A stretch of DNA of 64,000 nt from Alphaproteobacteria bacterium (GTDB lineage: Bacteria; Pseudomonadota; Alphaproteobacteria; Bin95), in NCBI GenBank assembly GCA_963665325.3, contig OZ224045.1, positions 2,208,001 to 2,272,000 of the forward strand, given 5' to 3'. Shown here piece by piece: positions 19,451 to 30,710 of the stretch. The first letter of the stretch is position 1. Every line of letters begins with the position of its first letter. Under the pieces are notes generated by a model. It did no database searches. It saw only the letters and a program-made list of their open reading frames with translations, and was not told where the DNA came from. The position numbers and the translations under genes were made by a program.

Positions 19451-20596
19451 ATGGATTTCCTGACGCCCGAACAGGAGATGTGGCGCGAAACCGTCTTCCG
19501 CTTCATGGAGGAGGAGGTCGGCCGCGACTATGTCCGCGAGAAGGACCGGAACCGCGAATATCCCTATGAAGGATACGCGAAGATCGTTTCGCAGGGCTGG
19601 ATCGGCCTGCTGGTGCCCGAGGAGCGGGGCGGGCAGGGCGGCGACATCTTCGCCTACGCGCTGATGTGCGAGGGGCTGGCGCGCTACGGGCCGGACTTCG
19701 CCACCGCGCTGATGGTGCCGATGTTCACGGCGCAGAACATCGTCCATCACGGCACCCCGGGGCAGGCCGCCCGCTATATCGAGCCGTTCCTGGCCGGCGA
19801 GATGCGCTTCGTCATCTCCCTCTCGGAGCCGCAGGCGGGCTCGGACGCCGCCAATGCCCGCACGCGCGCCCGGCGCGACGGGGACGAATGGGTGGTGAAC
19901 GGGCAGAAGCTCTGGAACTCGGGCGGCGGCGCGAAAGGCGCCGTGCTCTGCGCGCTCGTGCGAACCGAGGCGGGGTCCGAAAAGCACAACGGGCTTTCGG
20001 TGATGCTGATCCCGAACGACGCGCCGGGCGTGACCGTCCACAAGATCGAGGCGCTCGCGCGCCGGGCCACGGGCTCCAACACGATCTTCTTCGACGATGT
20101 GCGCCTGCCCGGCCACGCCCTGCTCGGCGCGGAGGGGCAGGGCTGGCAGATCATGACCGAACATCTGGAGCTGGAGCGCATTTCCATCGCCGCCGGTTAT
20201 GTCGGCTGCGCCCAGCAGGCCGTGGACGATGCCTGCGACTATGCCCGCACGCGGGAACAGTTCGGGCAACCGATCTTCGATTTCCAGGTGATCCGGCATA
20301 TGCTGGCCGACATGCAGACCCGGGTGGACGCCGCACGCCTCCTGACCTACCGCGCCGCTGCAGCGGCGAACGGCGGCGACCCATGTCCGAAGGAAGCCGC
20401 GATGGCGAAGCTGTTCGCGTCGGAGACCCTGCAGGAGGTTTCGCGGCAGGGCGTGCAGATCATGGGCGGCATCGGCACCACGCCGGAGGCCGATATGGAG
20501 CGCTATTTCCGGGAAGGCATGCAGGCCACCATTGGCGGCGGCACCAGCCAGATCCAGCGCACCATCATTGCAAGGCATATGCGCCATGCCCGCTAG
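19451..20596 (+). CDS. Acyl-CoA dehydrogenase
   Basis: LSEPQAGSDA, VNGQKLWNS, REQFGQPIFDFQ, AAMAKLFASE, IGGGTSQIQR. Confidence 0.93.
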   Translation: MDFLTPEQEMWRETVFRFMEEEVGRDYVREKDRNREYPYEGYAKIVSQGWIGLLVPEERGGQGGDIFAYALMCEGLARYGPDFATALMVPMFTAQNIVHHGTPGQAARYIEPFLAGEMRFVISLSEPQAGSDAANARTRARRDGDEWVVNGQKLWNSGGGAKGAVLCALVRTEAGSEKHNGLSVMLIPNDAPGVTVHKIEALARRATGSNTIFFDDVRLPGHALLGAEGQGWQIMTEHLELERISIAAGYVGCAQQAVDDACDYARTREQFGQPIFDFQVIRHMLADMQTRVDAARLLTYRAAAAANGGDPCPKEAAMAKLFASETLQEVSRQGVQIMGGIGTTPEADMERYFREGMQATIGGGTSQIQRTIIARHMRHAR

Positions 20597-21122
20597 AGCC
20601 GGACTGGCGCTCATCGCGTTGCTGGCGGCGGGCCCGGCGCTGGCGGCGGATTCCTGGGACAAGATGCTTTGCATGGCGGGCGGCGGCGCGCCGTCTGCGA
20701 ATGTGCTGCATTGCACGCGCGCGCTGTCGGACGGGCTGTTCGAGACTCCGGAGGAGCGCGCAAGGGGCCTTTTCAAACGCGGCACGGCGCAGATCGAGAC
20801 CGGGGCCTATGCCGATGCCGTCGCCGATTTCGACGAGGCCATCGGCCTGCGCCCGGAATATGGCGAGGCATTCCACAATCGCGGCGTCGCCAAGTGGCGC
20901 CAGGGCAAGCTGGAAGGCGCGCTTGCGGACTTCGACGAGAGCGTCGCGCTCGGCCAGGTGGAGCTCTGGCGCGCCTACAAGGTGCGCGGCGACCTCAAGG
21001 CGGAAATGGGACAGCTCGACGAGGCGCTGGCCGACTACAAGCGGTCGCTCGCCATCCGCCCGGACTGGGACTACGCCCGCAGGGCGCTAAGGCGCGTGAT
21101 GATCAGGAAGCAGGGGAACTAG
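20586..21122 (+). CDS. Secreted tetratricopeptide repeat protein
   Basis: Signal peptide; three TPR units (AVADFDEAIGLRP, ALADFDESVAL, ALADYKRSLAIRP). Confidence 0.85.
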   Translation: MPARAGLALIALLAAGPALAADSWDKMLCMAGGGAPSANVLHCTRALSDGLFETPEERARGLFKRGTAQIETGAYADAVADFDEAIGLRPEYGEAFHNRGVAKWRQGKLEGALADFDESVALGQVELWRAYKVRGDLKAEMGQLDEALADYKRSLAIRPDWDYARRALRRVMIRKQGN

Positions 21123-21325
21123 AGCTCGGCTGTGTTGCCGGAGAACTTGGATAGGTGCATTGCGGAGTCCACGCTCAGCGAGGTTTCGTCCTTCACAAGA
21201 CGCTCGATCCGTGTCCTGGGCACACCCAGGCGCTTCGCGAGTGCGGGCGCACTCATATCGAGCGGCTCGAGGTAGAGCAGCGCAAGCACCTCCCCTGGAT
21301 GATACGGCTTCTTCGGCAAGGTCAT
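21119..21325 (-). pseudogene. higA: Truncated orphan HigA-family (Xre HTH) antitoxin
   Basis: MTLPKKPYHPGEVL...YLEPL.MSAPALAKRLGVPRTRIERLVK...SVDSAMHLSKF.GNTAEL*. It stops where the conserved Trp (W-x-N-L-Q) should be, and there is no toxin gene upstream. Confidence 0.75.
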
Positions 21326-21381
21326 CCTGGCCTCATCGGCGCTAGCCCGCAATCCAGATATCTGCCGCGCTGTCTTGCCCC

Positions 21382-22971
21382 TCAAATCTCGTCGCTGTAG
21401 GCGTAGTCGCGGTCCAGGCGGCGGCCCATGGCTCGGGCGTGGGGGGCGCCTTCGGCTATCAGCGCTAGCACATAGTCGTCGTCCGGCAGGCCGGCGGCGG
21501 CGGCCAGCATCCGCACCTCGTCCAGCAGTTTGCCTTCGGGCGGCAGGACGGGCGCGGGCAGGGCCACCTTCTCCCGCTCCGGCGGCGGGCCCGCCTCCAG
21601 CACGGGGCGGCGATCGCGCCATTCGGTCGCCTCCTCGAAGGCCTGACCTGCCGCCAGCACCACCCGGTCGTGGAAGGGCGCGGCCGCGATCTGCACGCCG
21701 AGCGGGAGGCCGCCGGAAAATCCAGCAGTGATCGTCAGCGCCGGGCCGCCGGTCACGTCGAACGGTGTGGTGATGCTGGGGTAGATCCAGAAATTCGCGG
21801 TGTCGTGCGCATCGAGCCGGGGGGCGGGGCCTGTGGCCGAGGGCGCGATCAATATGTCGAAGCGCTGATAGACCGGCTCCATGGCCCGGCGCAGCTGGCG
21901 CCAGCGACGGTGCGCGGCGACATAGTCCTGCGACGTGTAGCAGACGGCACCGAGCGCGCGGGAGAGGAAATCCTGACCGAAGTCGCGCGGGCGCGCCTGG
22001 AGGTCGCGCCGGTGGACATTGAACAGCTCGCTTTCGGCTATGGTGATCTTGACGTCGTACCAGTCCTGCGTTGGAGGCATACGCGCTGTCTCGACCCCGG
22101 CGCCGAGGCTGCCGAAGACCTCCGCCATATGCTCGCAGGCAGCCACCATTTCCGGCGCGCACTTCAGGTCCTCTTCCCAGTAGTGGCGCAGTAGGCCGAC
22201 GCGCAGCCCGGCCATGGAGGGCGGTGCAGGCTGCTGCGGGCGGGTTGAGGAGCGTGGGTCCTCCGGGTCGTGGCCGGCCAGCGCATCCATCAGCAGCGCG
22301 CAGTCCTCCGCCGTCCAGGCAAGCGGCCCGCAATGGTCGAAGGTGAAGGAGTTGGGGATGACGCCCCGCCGGCTGACGAGCCCGTAGCTCGGCATCAGCC
22401 CGGCGACCCCGGAAAGCGCGGCCGGCCCCCTGATGGAGCCGCCGGTGTCAGTGCCCATTGCGCCCAGGCAGAGCCCCGCCGCCACCGCAACGCCGGACCC
22501 GCTCGACGAGCCGCCGGAAAAATGGTCCGTATTCCAGGGGTTCCGCGCCGGCGGCCAGGGCAGATCGAAGCTGGGGCCGCCATGCGCGAATTCGTGCGTG
22601 GCGAGCTTGCCGGTGATGACCGCGCCCGCCGCCTTCAGCCGGCGCACTGTCTCGGCGTCTTCCGCCGGCACGCGGTCCTGCTGCGTCTTCGAGCCGCCGG
22701 CGGTCAGCACGCCGGCCGTGTCGTAGATGTCCTTCAGCGCGACGGTAACGCCGTGCAGCGGCCCCCGCCGGCGGCCGGCGGCAATCTCCGCATCCGCTGC
22801 TCTGGCGTCCTCCAGCGCGCCCTCGGCCATGACCGTCACATGGCTGTTCAGGCGCGCGTCATGGGCCTCGATGCGCGCGAGCGTCGCCTCGACCAGTTCC
22901 ACAGAGGACAACTGCCGTGCCGCGATGGCCCGCGATACCTCGGCAAGCGTGAGATTTGCGAGATCGACCAT
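21382..22971 (-). CDS. Amidase-signature enzyme (GatA/AtzE-like) with C-terminal extension
   Basis: GPLHGVTVALKD, GKLATHEFA, GGSSSGSG, GTDTGGSIRGPA. Confidence 0.92.
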   Translation of the reverse strand: MVDLANLTLAEVSRAIAARQLSSVELVEATLARIEAHDARLNSHVTVMAEGALEDARAADAEIAAGRRRGPLHGVTVALKDIYDTAGVLTAGGSKTQQDRVPAEDAETVRRLKAAGAVITGKLATHEFAHGGPSFDLPWPPARNPWNTDHFSGGSSSGSGVAVAAGLCLGAMGTDTGGSIRGPAALSGVAGLMPSYGLVSRRGVIPNSFTFDHCGPLAWTAEDCALLMDALAGHDPEDPRSSTRPQQPAPPSMAGLRVGLLRHYWEEDLKCAPEMVAACEHMAEVFGSLGAGVETARMPPTQDWYDVKITIAESELFNVHRRDLQARPRDFGQDFLSRALGAVCYTSQDYVAAHRRWRQLRRAMEPVYQRFDILIAPSATGPAPRLDAHDTANFWIYPSITTPFDVTGGPALTITAGFSGGLPLGVQIAAAPFHDRVVLAAGQAFEEATEWRDRRPVLEAGPPPEREKVALPAPVLPPEGKLLDEVRMLAAAAGLPDDDYVLALIAEGAPHARAMGRRLDRDYAYSDEI

Positions 22972-23112
22972 GTGGGTCTGCCTTTCCTGCCCGGGGAGAG
23001 CGAGCCGCCATTATGCCCGCAGCCGAACGCCGGGGACACTGCGCCGGGCTTGACCGGCGGGCGGGTGCGCGCCACGAATGGCGGGCTCCGAACGGGCACA
23101 GGGAGGGAATGC

Positions 23113-23898
23113 ATGCGCTGGGTGCGGATCGATACGGATGACGGCCCCCGCTACGGCATTGTCGAGGGCGAAAGTATCGCGACGGTGCAGGGTTCTCCCT
23201 TCGGCGGCCATTCGCCGACCGGGGAGCGCGTTGCGCTGGACACGGCCCGTTTCCTGCCGCCGGTGATGCCGCCCACCTTCTACGCCGCCGGCCTCAACTA
23301 TCCCGAGCATGCTGTGGCGGCGGCCAACAAGCGCGGCGAGCTTCCGTCCCTGCCGGAAACCGCCGATATCGGCTACCGCGCCGTCAATGCGCTCACGGGC
23401 CACAATTGCCCCATCGTGATCCCGGCGGACGCCACCGAGCGCGTCCAGTACGAGGCCGAGCTGGTGGCGGTGATCGGCCGGACGGCGCGCAATATTCGCG
23501 AGGACGAGGTGCGCGGCCACCTGCTCGGCTACACCATCGGAAACGATGTTTCGGAGCGCCACTGGCAGGCGCACGACCGCACTCTCTGGCGCGCCAAGAA
23601 CACCGACAGTTTCGCGCCGATGGGCCCCTGGATCGACACGGAATTCGACCCGGCCGGAACCGAGACCGTCGTGCGGCTGAACGGTGAGGAGACCATCCGC
23701 TTCGCCACCGATTCGATGATCTTCTCCGTCGAGATCTTCATCGCTCGCATGTCGCGCTATCTCACCCTGGTGCCGGGCGATGTGGTCTGGATGGGCACCG
23801 AGGGCGTCGGACCGAACCTGAAGCATGGCGACCTCTGCGAAATCGAGATCGCCGGTCTCGGCACTCTCTCCAACCCGGTGGTCCGCGAAGGCATGTAG
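23113..23898 (+). CDS. Fumarylacetoacetate hydrolase family protein
   Basis: GLNYPEHA, YEAELVAVIG, GYTIGNDVSER, AKNTDSFAPMGP, LVPGDVVWMGT. Confidence 0.92.
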   Translation: MRWVRIDTDDGPRYGIVEGESIATVQGSPFGGHSPTGERVALDTARFLPPVMPPTFYAAGLNYPEHAVAAANKRGELPSLPETADIGYRAVNALTGHNCPIVIPADATERVQYEAELVAVIGRTARNIREDEVRGHLLGYTIGNDVSERHWQAHDRTLWRAKNTDSFAPMGPWIDTEFDPAGTETVVRLNGEETIRFATDSMIFSVEIFIARMSRYLTLVPGDVVWMGTEGVGPNLKHGDLCEIEIAGLGTLSNPVVREGM

Positions 23899-23924
23899 TG
23901 CTTCTTCCCGACGAAGGCTGTCCG

Positions 23925-24341
23925 ATGACTACACCCACCATTATTCCTACCCTGCGCTACCGCGATTCCCGCGCGGCGCTGGACTGGCTCTGCCGCGTCT
24001 TCGGCTTCGAGCGCCACCTCGTCGTCGAGGGGGACGATGGCGCGATAGAGCACGCCCAGCTGACGTTCGGCCACGGCATGGTCATGCTGGGCGAAGCCAG
24101 GGAGGGAGAATACGACACCCGCATGGTCTCGCCCGGCGAGGTCGGCGGCCGGCAGACGCAGTGCCCCTATCTGATCGTGGCCGACGTGGACGCCCACCAT
24201 GCCCGCGCTTTGGCTGCCGCGGCCGAAATCGTCATGGCGCCGGAGGACCAGCCCTATGGCGGCCGGCTCTACAGTGCGCTCGACCCGGAGGGGCATCTCT
24301 GGAATTTCGGTTCCTACGACCCCTACGCCCCCGCGCCCTGA
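23925..24341 (+). CDS. VOC/glyoxalase family protein
   Basis: IIPTLRYRD..AALDWL..VFGF, HAQL.FG.GMVMLG, DQPYGGR, DPEGHLWNFG. Confidence 0.9.
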   Translation: MTTPTIIPTLRYRDSRAALDWLCRVFGFERHLVVEGDDGAIEHAQLTFGHGMVMLGEAREGEYDTRMVSPGEVGGRQTQCPYLIVADVDAHHARALAAAAEIVMAPEDQPYGGRLYSALDPEGHLWNFGSYDPYAPAP

Positions 24342-24396
24342 GCGCCTGCCGAACGACCCGATCTGCGCGTGTCGCCGGATGCGCGAAGGAGGCCGC

Positions 24397-27300
24397 ATGA
24401 CCCTCTCCGCCGTCCTGATCGCCAACCGGGGCGAGATCGCCGTTCGCATCGCCCGCGCCGCGGCCGATCTCGGCCTGCGCTCGGGTGTGGTCTATTCCGA
24501 GGACGACGCCGCCTGTCTGCACACGCGCATGGCTGATGAGGCCCATGCGCTCTGCGGGTCCGGTGCCGCGGCCTATCTGGACATCGGACAACTCGTGAAG
24601 ATCGCCAGGGACGGCGGCTACGACTCGGTCCACCCGGGCTACGGCTTCCTCTCGGAGCGCGCGGAATTCGCGGAGGCCTGCGCTGAGGCGGGTCTCTGTT
24701 TCGTCGGACCGGGCCCGAAGCATTTGCGGCTGTTCGGAGACAAGGCGGAGGCGCGGAAGGCGGCGCGCGCAGCGGGAGTCCCCGTGCCGGAAGGCATCGA
24801 CCGCGCGGTTTCGCTGGAAGAGGCGCAGGGCTTCTACGAAGCGCTCGGGCCCGGCAGCGCCATGATGATCAAGGCGCTTGCTGGCGGCGGCGGGCGCGGC
24901 ACGAGGGCGGTGTTCGAAGCCGGTGGGACCGAGCCGGCCTATGCGCGCTGCCGCTCCGAAGCAGAGACCGCGTTCGGCTGTGGCGATGTGTATGTGGAGG
25001 CGTTCATCCCCCGCGCCCGGCATATCGAGATCCAGGTCCTCGGCGACCGGACTGGCCATGCGGTGCATCTGGGCGAGAGGGAATGCAGCGTCCAGCGCCG
25101 CTACCAGAAAATCGTGGAGACGGCGCCCGCGCCGGGGCTTGATCCCGAGCTGCGTCGCGAGATGGCCGAAGCTGCCGTGCGGCTCGCCCGGTCGGTCGGC
25201 TACCTCAATCTCGGCACGTTCGAGTTCCTGGTGGACGCCGGCGACGATCCGGAAGGCACGGCCTTCGCCTTTATCGAGGCCAACGCCAGGCTGCAGGTGG
25301 AACATACGGTGACGGAGGCTGTTACCGGCGTCGATCTGGTCGAGACTCAGTTCCGGCTGGCCGGCGGCGCCACGCTCGCCGATCTGGGTCTGGACGACCC
25401 GGCCGCCGTCCGTCCGCGCGGTTATGCGATACAGGCGCGTGTGAATATGGAAACGGTGGCGGCGGACGGCTCGGTGCGGCCCGGGTCCGGCCGGATCGAC
25501 GCCTATGAGGCGCCGAGCGGGCCGGGCGTGCGCGTGGACGGTTTCGGCTATGCCGGCTATCGCACCGGCACCGCCTTCGACTCGCTGCTTGCCAAGGTGA
25601 TCTGTCATTCGCCTTCGCCCGATTTCGCCGATGCGGCGGCGCGGTCCCGGCGGGCGCTCGGCGAGTTCCGCATCGAGGGCGTGGCGACCAACATTCCGTT
25701 CCTGATGAACGTGCTGGCGCAGGAGGACTTTACCGCCGCCCGCACCCACACCCGCTGGGTGGAGGAACGGATTTCTGCGCTTGCTGCCCCGCCGGAGGGA
25801 TTGCGGCCCCGCTATGTCGCTGCTGTCCACGACACCGGTGCGGAGGACGGTTTCGCGGGCGCCCGCGTGGACAGCACGGATCCGCTGGCGCTCTTCGCAC
25901 ACGACGAGGCAGTCAAGGCCGCCCAGGTCGCAAGGGACCGGCAGCAGCCGCCCGATCCGGCCGGCCTCGCCGGCGTGGCGTCGCCCATCCAGGGCACGAT
26001 CGTCGCGCTGCTCGTCGCCGAGGGCGACCATGTGCTGGCGGGCCAGCCAGTCGCCGTGGTCGAGGCGATGAAGATGGAGCACGAGATCCGGGCCGAAAGC
26101 GCCGGAATCGTCCGCCAGGTCACGATGAAGCAGGGCGATGTGGTCCGCGAAGGCTGGCCCATCGCCTTCGTCGAGCCGGCGGATGTCGAGGGCAATTTCG
26201 CCGAGGGCGGCCGGGAGGTCGATCCGGATTTCATCCGGCCGGACCTCGAGGAGGCGATCCGCCGCCATGGCCATACGCTGGACGAAAACCGCCCGGAGGT
26301 CGTTGCCCGACGCCATGAGCGGGGCTACCGGATGCCGCGCGAGAACATCGACCGGCTGGTGGACCCCGGCTCATTCCAGGAATACTGGCCGCTGCTGACC
26401 GCCCTCCAGCACCAGCGCTACGACATCGAGACGCTGAGGCAGAAATATCCGGCCGACGGCGTGGTGGCGGGCACGGCCTCGATCAACGGCTCCCACTTCG
26501 ACGACGAGCGCTCGCGGGCCATCGTCGTTCATTACGACTACACCGTGCTCGCCGGCACACAGGGGCGGCGCAACCACTACAAGCAGGACCGGATGTTCGA
26601 GCTGGCGCACCGCTTCCGGCTGCCCGTGGTGCTGTTCTCGGAGGGCGGCGGCGGACGGCCGGGCGACGACAATACCGGCCCGCGCGTCGCTTTCGACACC
26701 GACACCTTCACCACCTTCTCAAGGCTGAGCGGTCTCGTGCCGCTGGTCGGGATTAACAACGGGCGCTGCTTCGCGGGCAATACGGCCCTGCTCGCGTGCT
26801 GCGATGTCATTATCGCGACGAAGAGTTCCACCATCGCCATGGGCGGCCCGGCGATGATCGAAGGCGGCGGCCTCGGCGTCTATACGCCGGAGGAGGTCGG
26901 GCCCATGGAATTCCAGGTTCCGAACGGCGTGGTCGACATCCTGGTTGAGGACGAGGACGAGGCGGTCGATGTCGCCAAGCGCTACCTCTCTTATTTCCAG
27001 GGGCCGACGGACTGCTGGGAGGAAGGCGGCGACCAGCGGATGCTGCGTCACGCCGTGCCGGAAAACCGGGTGCGCCTCTACGACATGCGGGAGATCGTCC
27101 ATACCCTCGCGGACAAGGATTCCGTGCTGGAGCTGCGCGAGAAGTTCGGCATCGGCATCATTACCTGCCTCATCCGCATCGAAGGCCGCCCGATGGGCGT
27201 CATCGCCAACAATCCGCACCATCTGGCCGGCGCGGTGGACTCCGATGGCGCGGACAAGGGCGCGCGCTTCCTGCAACTCTGCGACGCCTTCGACATTCCC

Positions 27301-27792
27301 GTGCTCAGCCTGATGGATTGCCCCGGCATCATGGTCGGGCCCGATCACGAACGCACCGCGCTGGTCCGCCATTGCACGCGGTTGTTCAATACCGGCGCAA
27401 ACCTTAGCGTGCCGATGTTCGGCGTGATCGTCCGCAAGGCTTACGGGCTCGGCGTGCAGGCCATGTGCGGGGCGAGCGCGCTGGTGAGCTTCTGCATGGT
27501 GGCCTGGCCGACGGCGGAGTTCGCCGGCATGAACATCGAGGGCGCGGTGAAGCTGGGCTTCCGCCCCGTGTTGGCTGCCATCGAGGACCCGGAAGCCCGT
27601 AAGGCCGAGTTCGACCGCCGGGTTTCCGACGCCTATGAGCGCGCCCGCGCCGTCAATGCCGCCGCCGGCGGCGGGCTCGACGATGTGATCGACCCGGCCG
27701 AGACGCGGCGCTGGATCGTGAACAGCATGAAGCGCCTGCCGCCGCCGCCGCCGCGCGAGGGCAAGAAATACGCCTTCATCGACACCTGGTGA
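24397..27792 (+). CDS. Single-chain biotin-dependent acyl-CoA carboxylase (BC-BCCP-CT fusion)
   Basis: LIANRGEIA, HPGYGFLSE, RECSVQRRYQK, EANARLQVEH (BC); EAMKME (biotin site); DYTVLAGTQG, EGGGGRPGD, DCPGIMVGP, RKAYGLG (CT); AGGAGG RBS. Confidence 0.93.
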   Translation: MTLSAVLIANRGEIAVRIARAAADLGLRSGVVYSEDDAACLHTRMADEAHALCGSGAAAYLDIGQLVKIARDGGYDSVHPGYGFLSERAEFAEACAEAGLCFVGPGPKHLRLFGDKAEARKAARAAGVPVPEGIDRAVSLEEAQGFYEALGPGSAMMIKALAGGGGRGTRAVFEAGGTEPAYARCRSEAETAFGCGDVYVEAFIPRARHIEIQVLGDRTGHAVHLGERECSVQRRYQKIVETAPAPGLDPELRREMAEAAVRLARSVGYLNLGTFEFLVDAGDDPEGTAFAFIEANARLQVEHTVTEAVTGVDLVETQFRLAGGATLADLGLDDPAAVRPRGYAIQARVNMETVAADGSVRPGSGRIDAYEAPSGPGVRVDGFGYAGYRTGTAFDSLLAKVICHSPSPDFADAAARSRRALGEFRIEGVATNIPFLMNVLAQEDFTAARTHTRWVEERISALAAPPEGLRPRYVAAVHDTGAEDGFAGARVDSTDPLALFAHDEAVKAAQVARDRQQPPDPAGLAGVASPIQGTIVALLVAEGDHVLAGQPVAVVEAMKMEHEIRAESAGIVRQVTMKQGDVVREGWPIAFVEPADVEGNFAEGGREVDPDFIRPDLEEAIRRHGHTLDENRPEVVARRHERGYRMPRENIDRLVDPGSFQEYWPLLTALQHQRYDIETLRQKYPADGVVAGTASINGSHFDDERSRAIVVHYDYTVLAGTQGRRNHYKQDRMFELAHRFRLPVVLFSEGGGGRPGDDNTGPRVAFDTDTFTTFSRLSGLVPLVGINNGRCFAGNTALLACCDVIIATKSSTIAMGGPAMIEGGGLGVYTPEEVGPMEFQVPNGVVDILVEDEDEAVDVAKRYLSYFQGPTDCWEEGGDQRMLRHAVPENRVRLYDMREIVHTLADKDSVLELREKFGIGIITCLIRIEGRPMGVIANNPHHLAGAVDSDGADKGARFLQLCDAFDIPVLSLMDCPGIMVGPDHERTALVRHCTRLFNTGANLSVPMFGVIVRKAYGLGVQAMCGASALVSFCMVAWPTAEFAGMNIEGAVKLGFRPVLAAIEDPEARKAEFDRRVSDAYERARAVNAAAGGGLDDVIDPAETRRWIVNSMKRLPPPPPREGKKYAFIDTW

Positions 27793-27898
27793 GCCGGGAG
27801 ACGGCGGGCTTGCCCCTCGGCGCGGCAATGAGGGAAAATCGGCATGGCGGCCGCAGCCAGGCATGCTGACGTCCTCACCTTCCCTGGAGAACCGACCG

Positions 27899-29407
<1,509 letters not shown>

Positions 29408-29550
29408 CTTTTCCAGGCATCCTGGCAGGGGGAAGTTCCGGCTGCCTTCACGAACGGTATTGACGAGCCGCCGACGGTGCGGCCACATGTAGCAGTGGGT
29501 CAATGAATACGGGAGCTTTGCCGCCCCCATCTCGCTGCGAGTGCGCCGCT

Positions 29551-30651
29551 ATGATCGCTGCACCCCGCTTCACCGGTCTGGTTGAAAGCCTGCCCTCGAC
29601 GATCCCTTTCGTCGGCCCGGAGACTCTGGAGCGCCGCCGGGGCGAGGCGTTTCGCGTACGCGTCGGCGCGAACGAGAGCGCCTTCGGCATTTCTCCGGGC
29701 GCGGCCGAGGCCATGCGAGAGGCCATCGCGAATATCTCCTGGTACAACGACCCGGAGGGCTACGAGCTTCGTAGCGCCATCGCTGCGCTCCACGGCGTTT
29801 CCGTGGACGAGGTGCTGCTCGGCGCGGGCATCGACGAGATGCTCGGCAATGTCGTGCGCATGGTCGTGGAACCGGGAGCGCCGGTGGTCACCTCGCTCGG
29901 CGCCTATCCGACCTTCAACTACCATGTCGCCGGCTTCGGCGGCGTGCTGGAGGCCGTGCCCTACCGCGACGACCGGATCGACCTCGAAGCCCTGCTCGAT
30001 GCAGTGCGCCGGCTGGGGGCGCCGCTCGTCTTCCTGGCCAATCCTGACAACCCGATGGGCACATGGCACGACGCCGCAGAGGTGCGCGCGTTTATCGACG
30101 AGCTTCCGGAGTCGACGCTGCTGGTGCTCGACGAGGCTTATATCGACTTCGCGCCCGCTTCGGCCTTGTTTCCCATTGAAGCGGACGATCCGCGCGTCAT
30201 CCGCATGCGGACATTCTCGAAGGCGCACGGCATGGCGGGAGCCCGCGTCGGGTACGCCATCGCGCCCGCCCGGACCATCGGCGGCCTCGGGCGCATCCGC
30301 AACCATTTCGGCGTCAACCGCATCGCACAGGCGGGCGCGCTCGCCTCGCTCGGCGACACCCGGTTCATCGCCTCGGTGGTCGAGGAGGTCGCGCGGGGGC
30401 GCAACGACTATTACGCGCTCGCGCAACGGCTCGGGTTCTCGACCGTGCAGTCCGCGACGAACTTCGTCGCCATCGACATGGGCGGCGACGGCGACCGGGC
30501 CCGCGCCGTGCTGACGAGGCTCCAGGACGAGGGCGTGTTCGTGCGCATGCCCGGCATTGCCCCGCTGGACCGCTGCATCCGGGTGACGGTGGGCACGGCG
30601 GACGAGCGCGCGCTGTTCGCGGAAGTCTTCGAGGCAGTGCTCGATGAATAG
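29551..30651 (+). CDS. PLP-dependent aminotransferase, histidinol-phosphate transaminase-like
   Basis: GANES, LANPDNPMGT, LDEAY, RTFSKAHGMAGARVGY, RVTVGT. Confidence 0.88.
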   Translation: MIAAPRFTGLVESLPSTIPFVGPETLERRRGEAFRVRVGANESAFGISPGAAEAMREAIANISWYNDPEGYELRSAIAALHGVSVDEVLLGAGIDEMLGNVVRMVVEPGAPVVTSLGAYPTFNYHVAGFGGVLEAVPYRDDRIDLEALLDAVRRLGAPLVFLANPDNPMGTWHDAAEVRAFIDELPESTLLVLDEAYIDFAPASALFPIEADDPRVIRMRTFSKAHGMAGARVGYAIAPARTIGGLGRIRNHFGVNRIAQAGALASLGDTRFIASVVEEVARGRNDYYALAQRLGFSTVQSATNFVAIDMGGDGDRARAVLTRLQDEGVFVRMPGIAPLDRCIRVTVGTADERALFAEVFEAVLDE

Positions 30652-30710
30652 CGGTTCGGTTCGGCCCCGGAGGATTTGCAGGGGGACGGTGCGCCGGTAG
30701 TCTATCGGCC

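Noticed and set aside
21119-21121. Amber read-through (pyrrolysine) of the higA TAG
   Set aside because: The sequence after the TAG (FPCFL...) is the antisense of the TPR gene and shows no HigA similarity.
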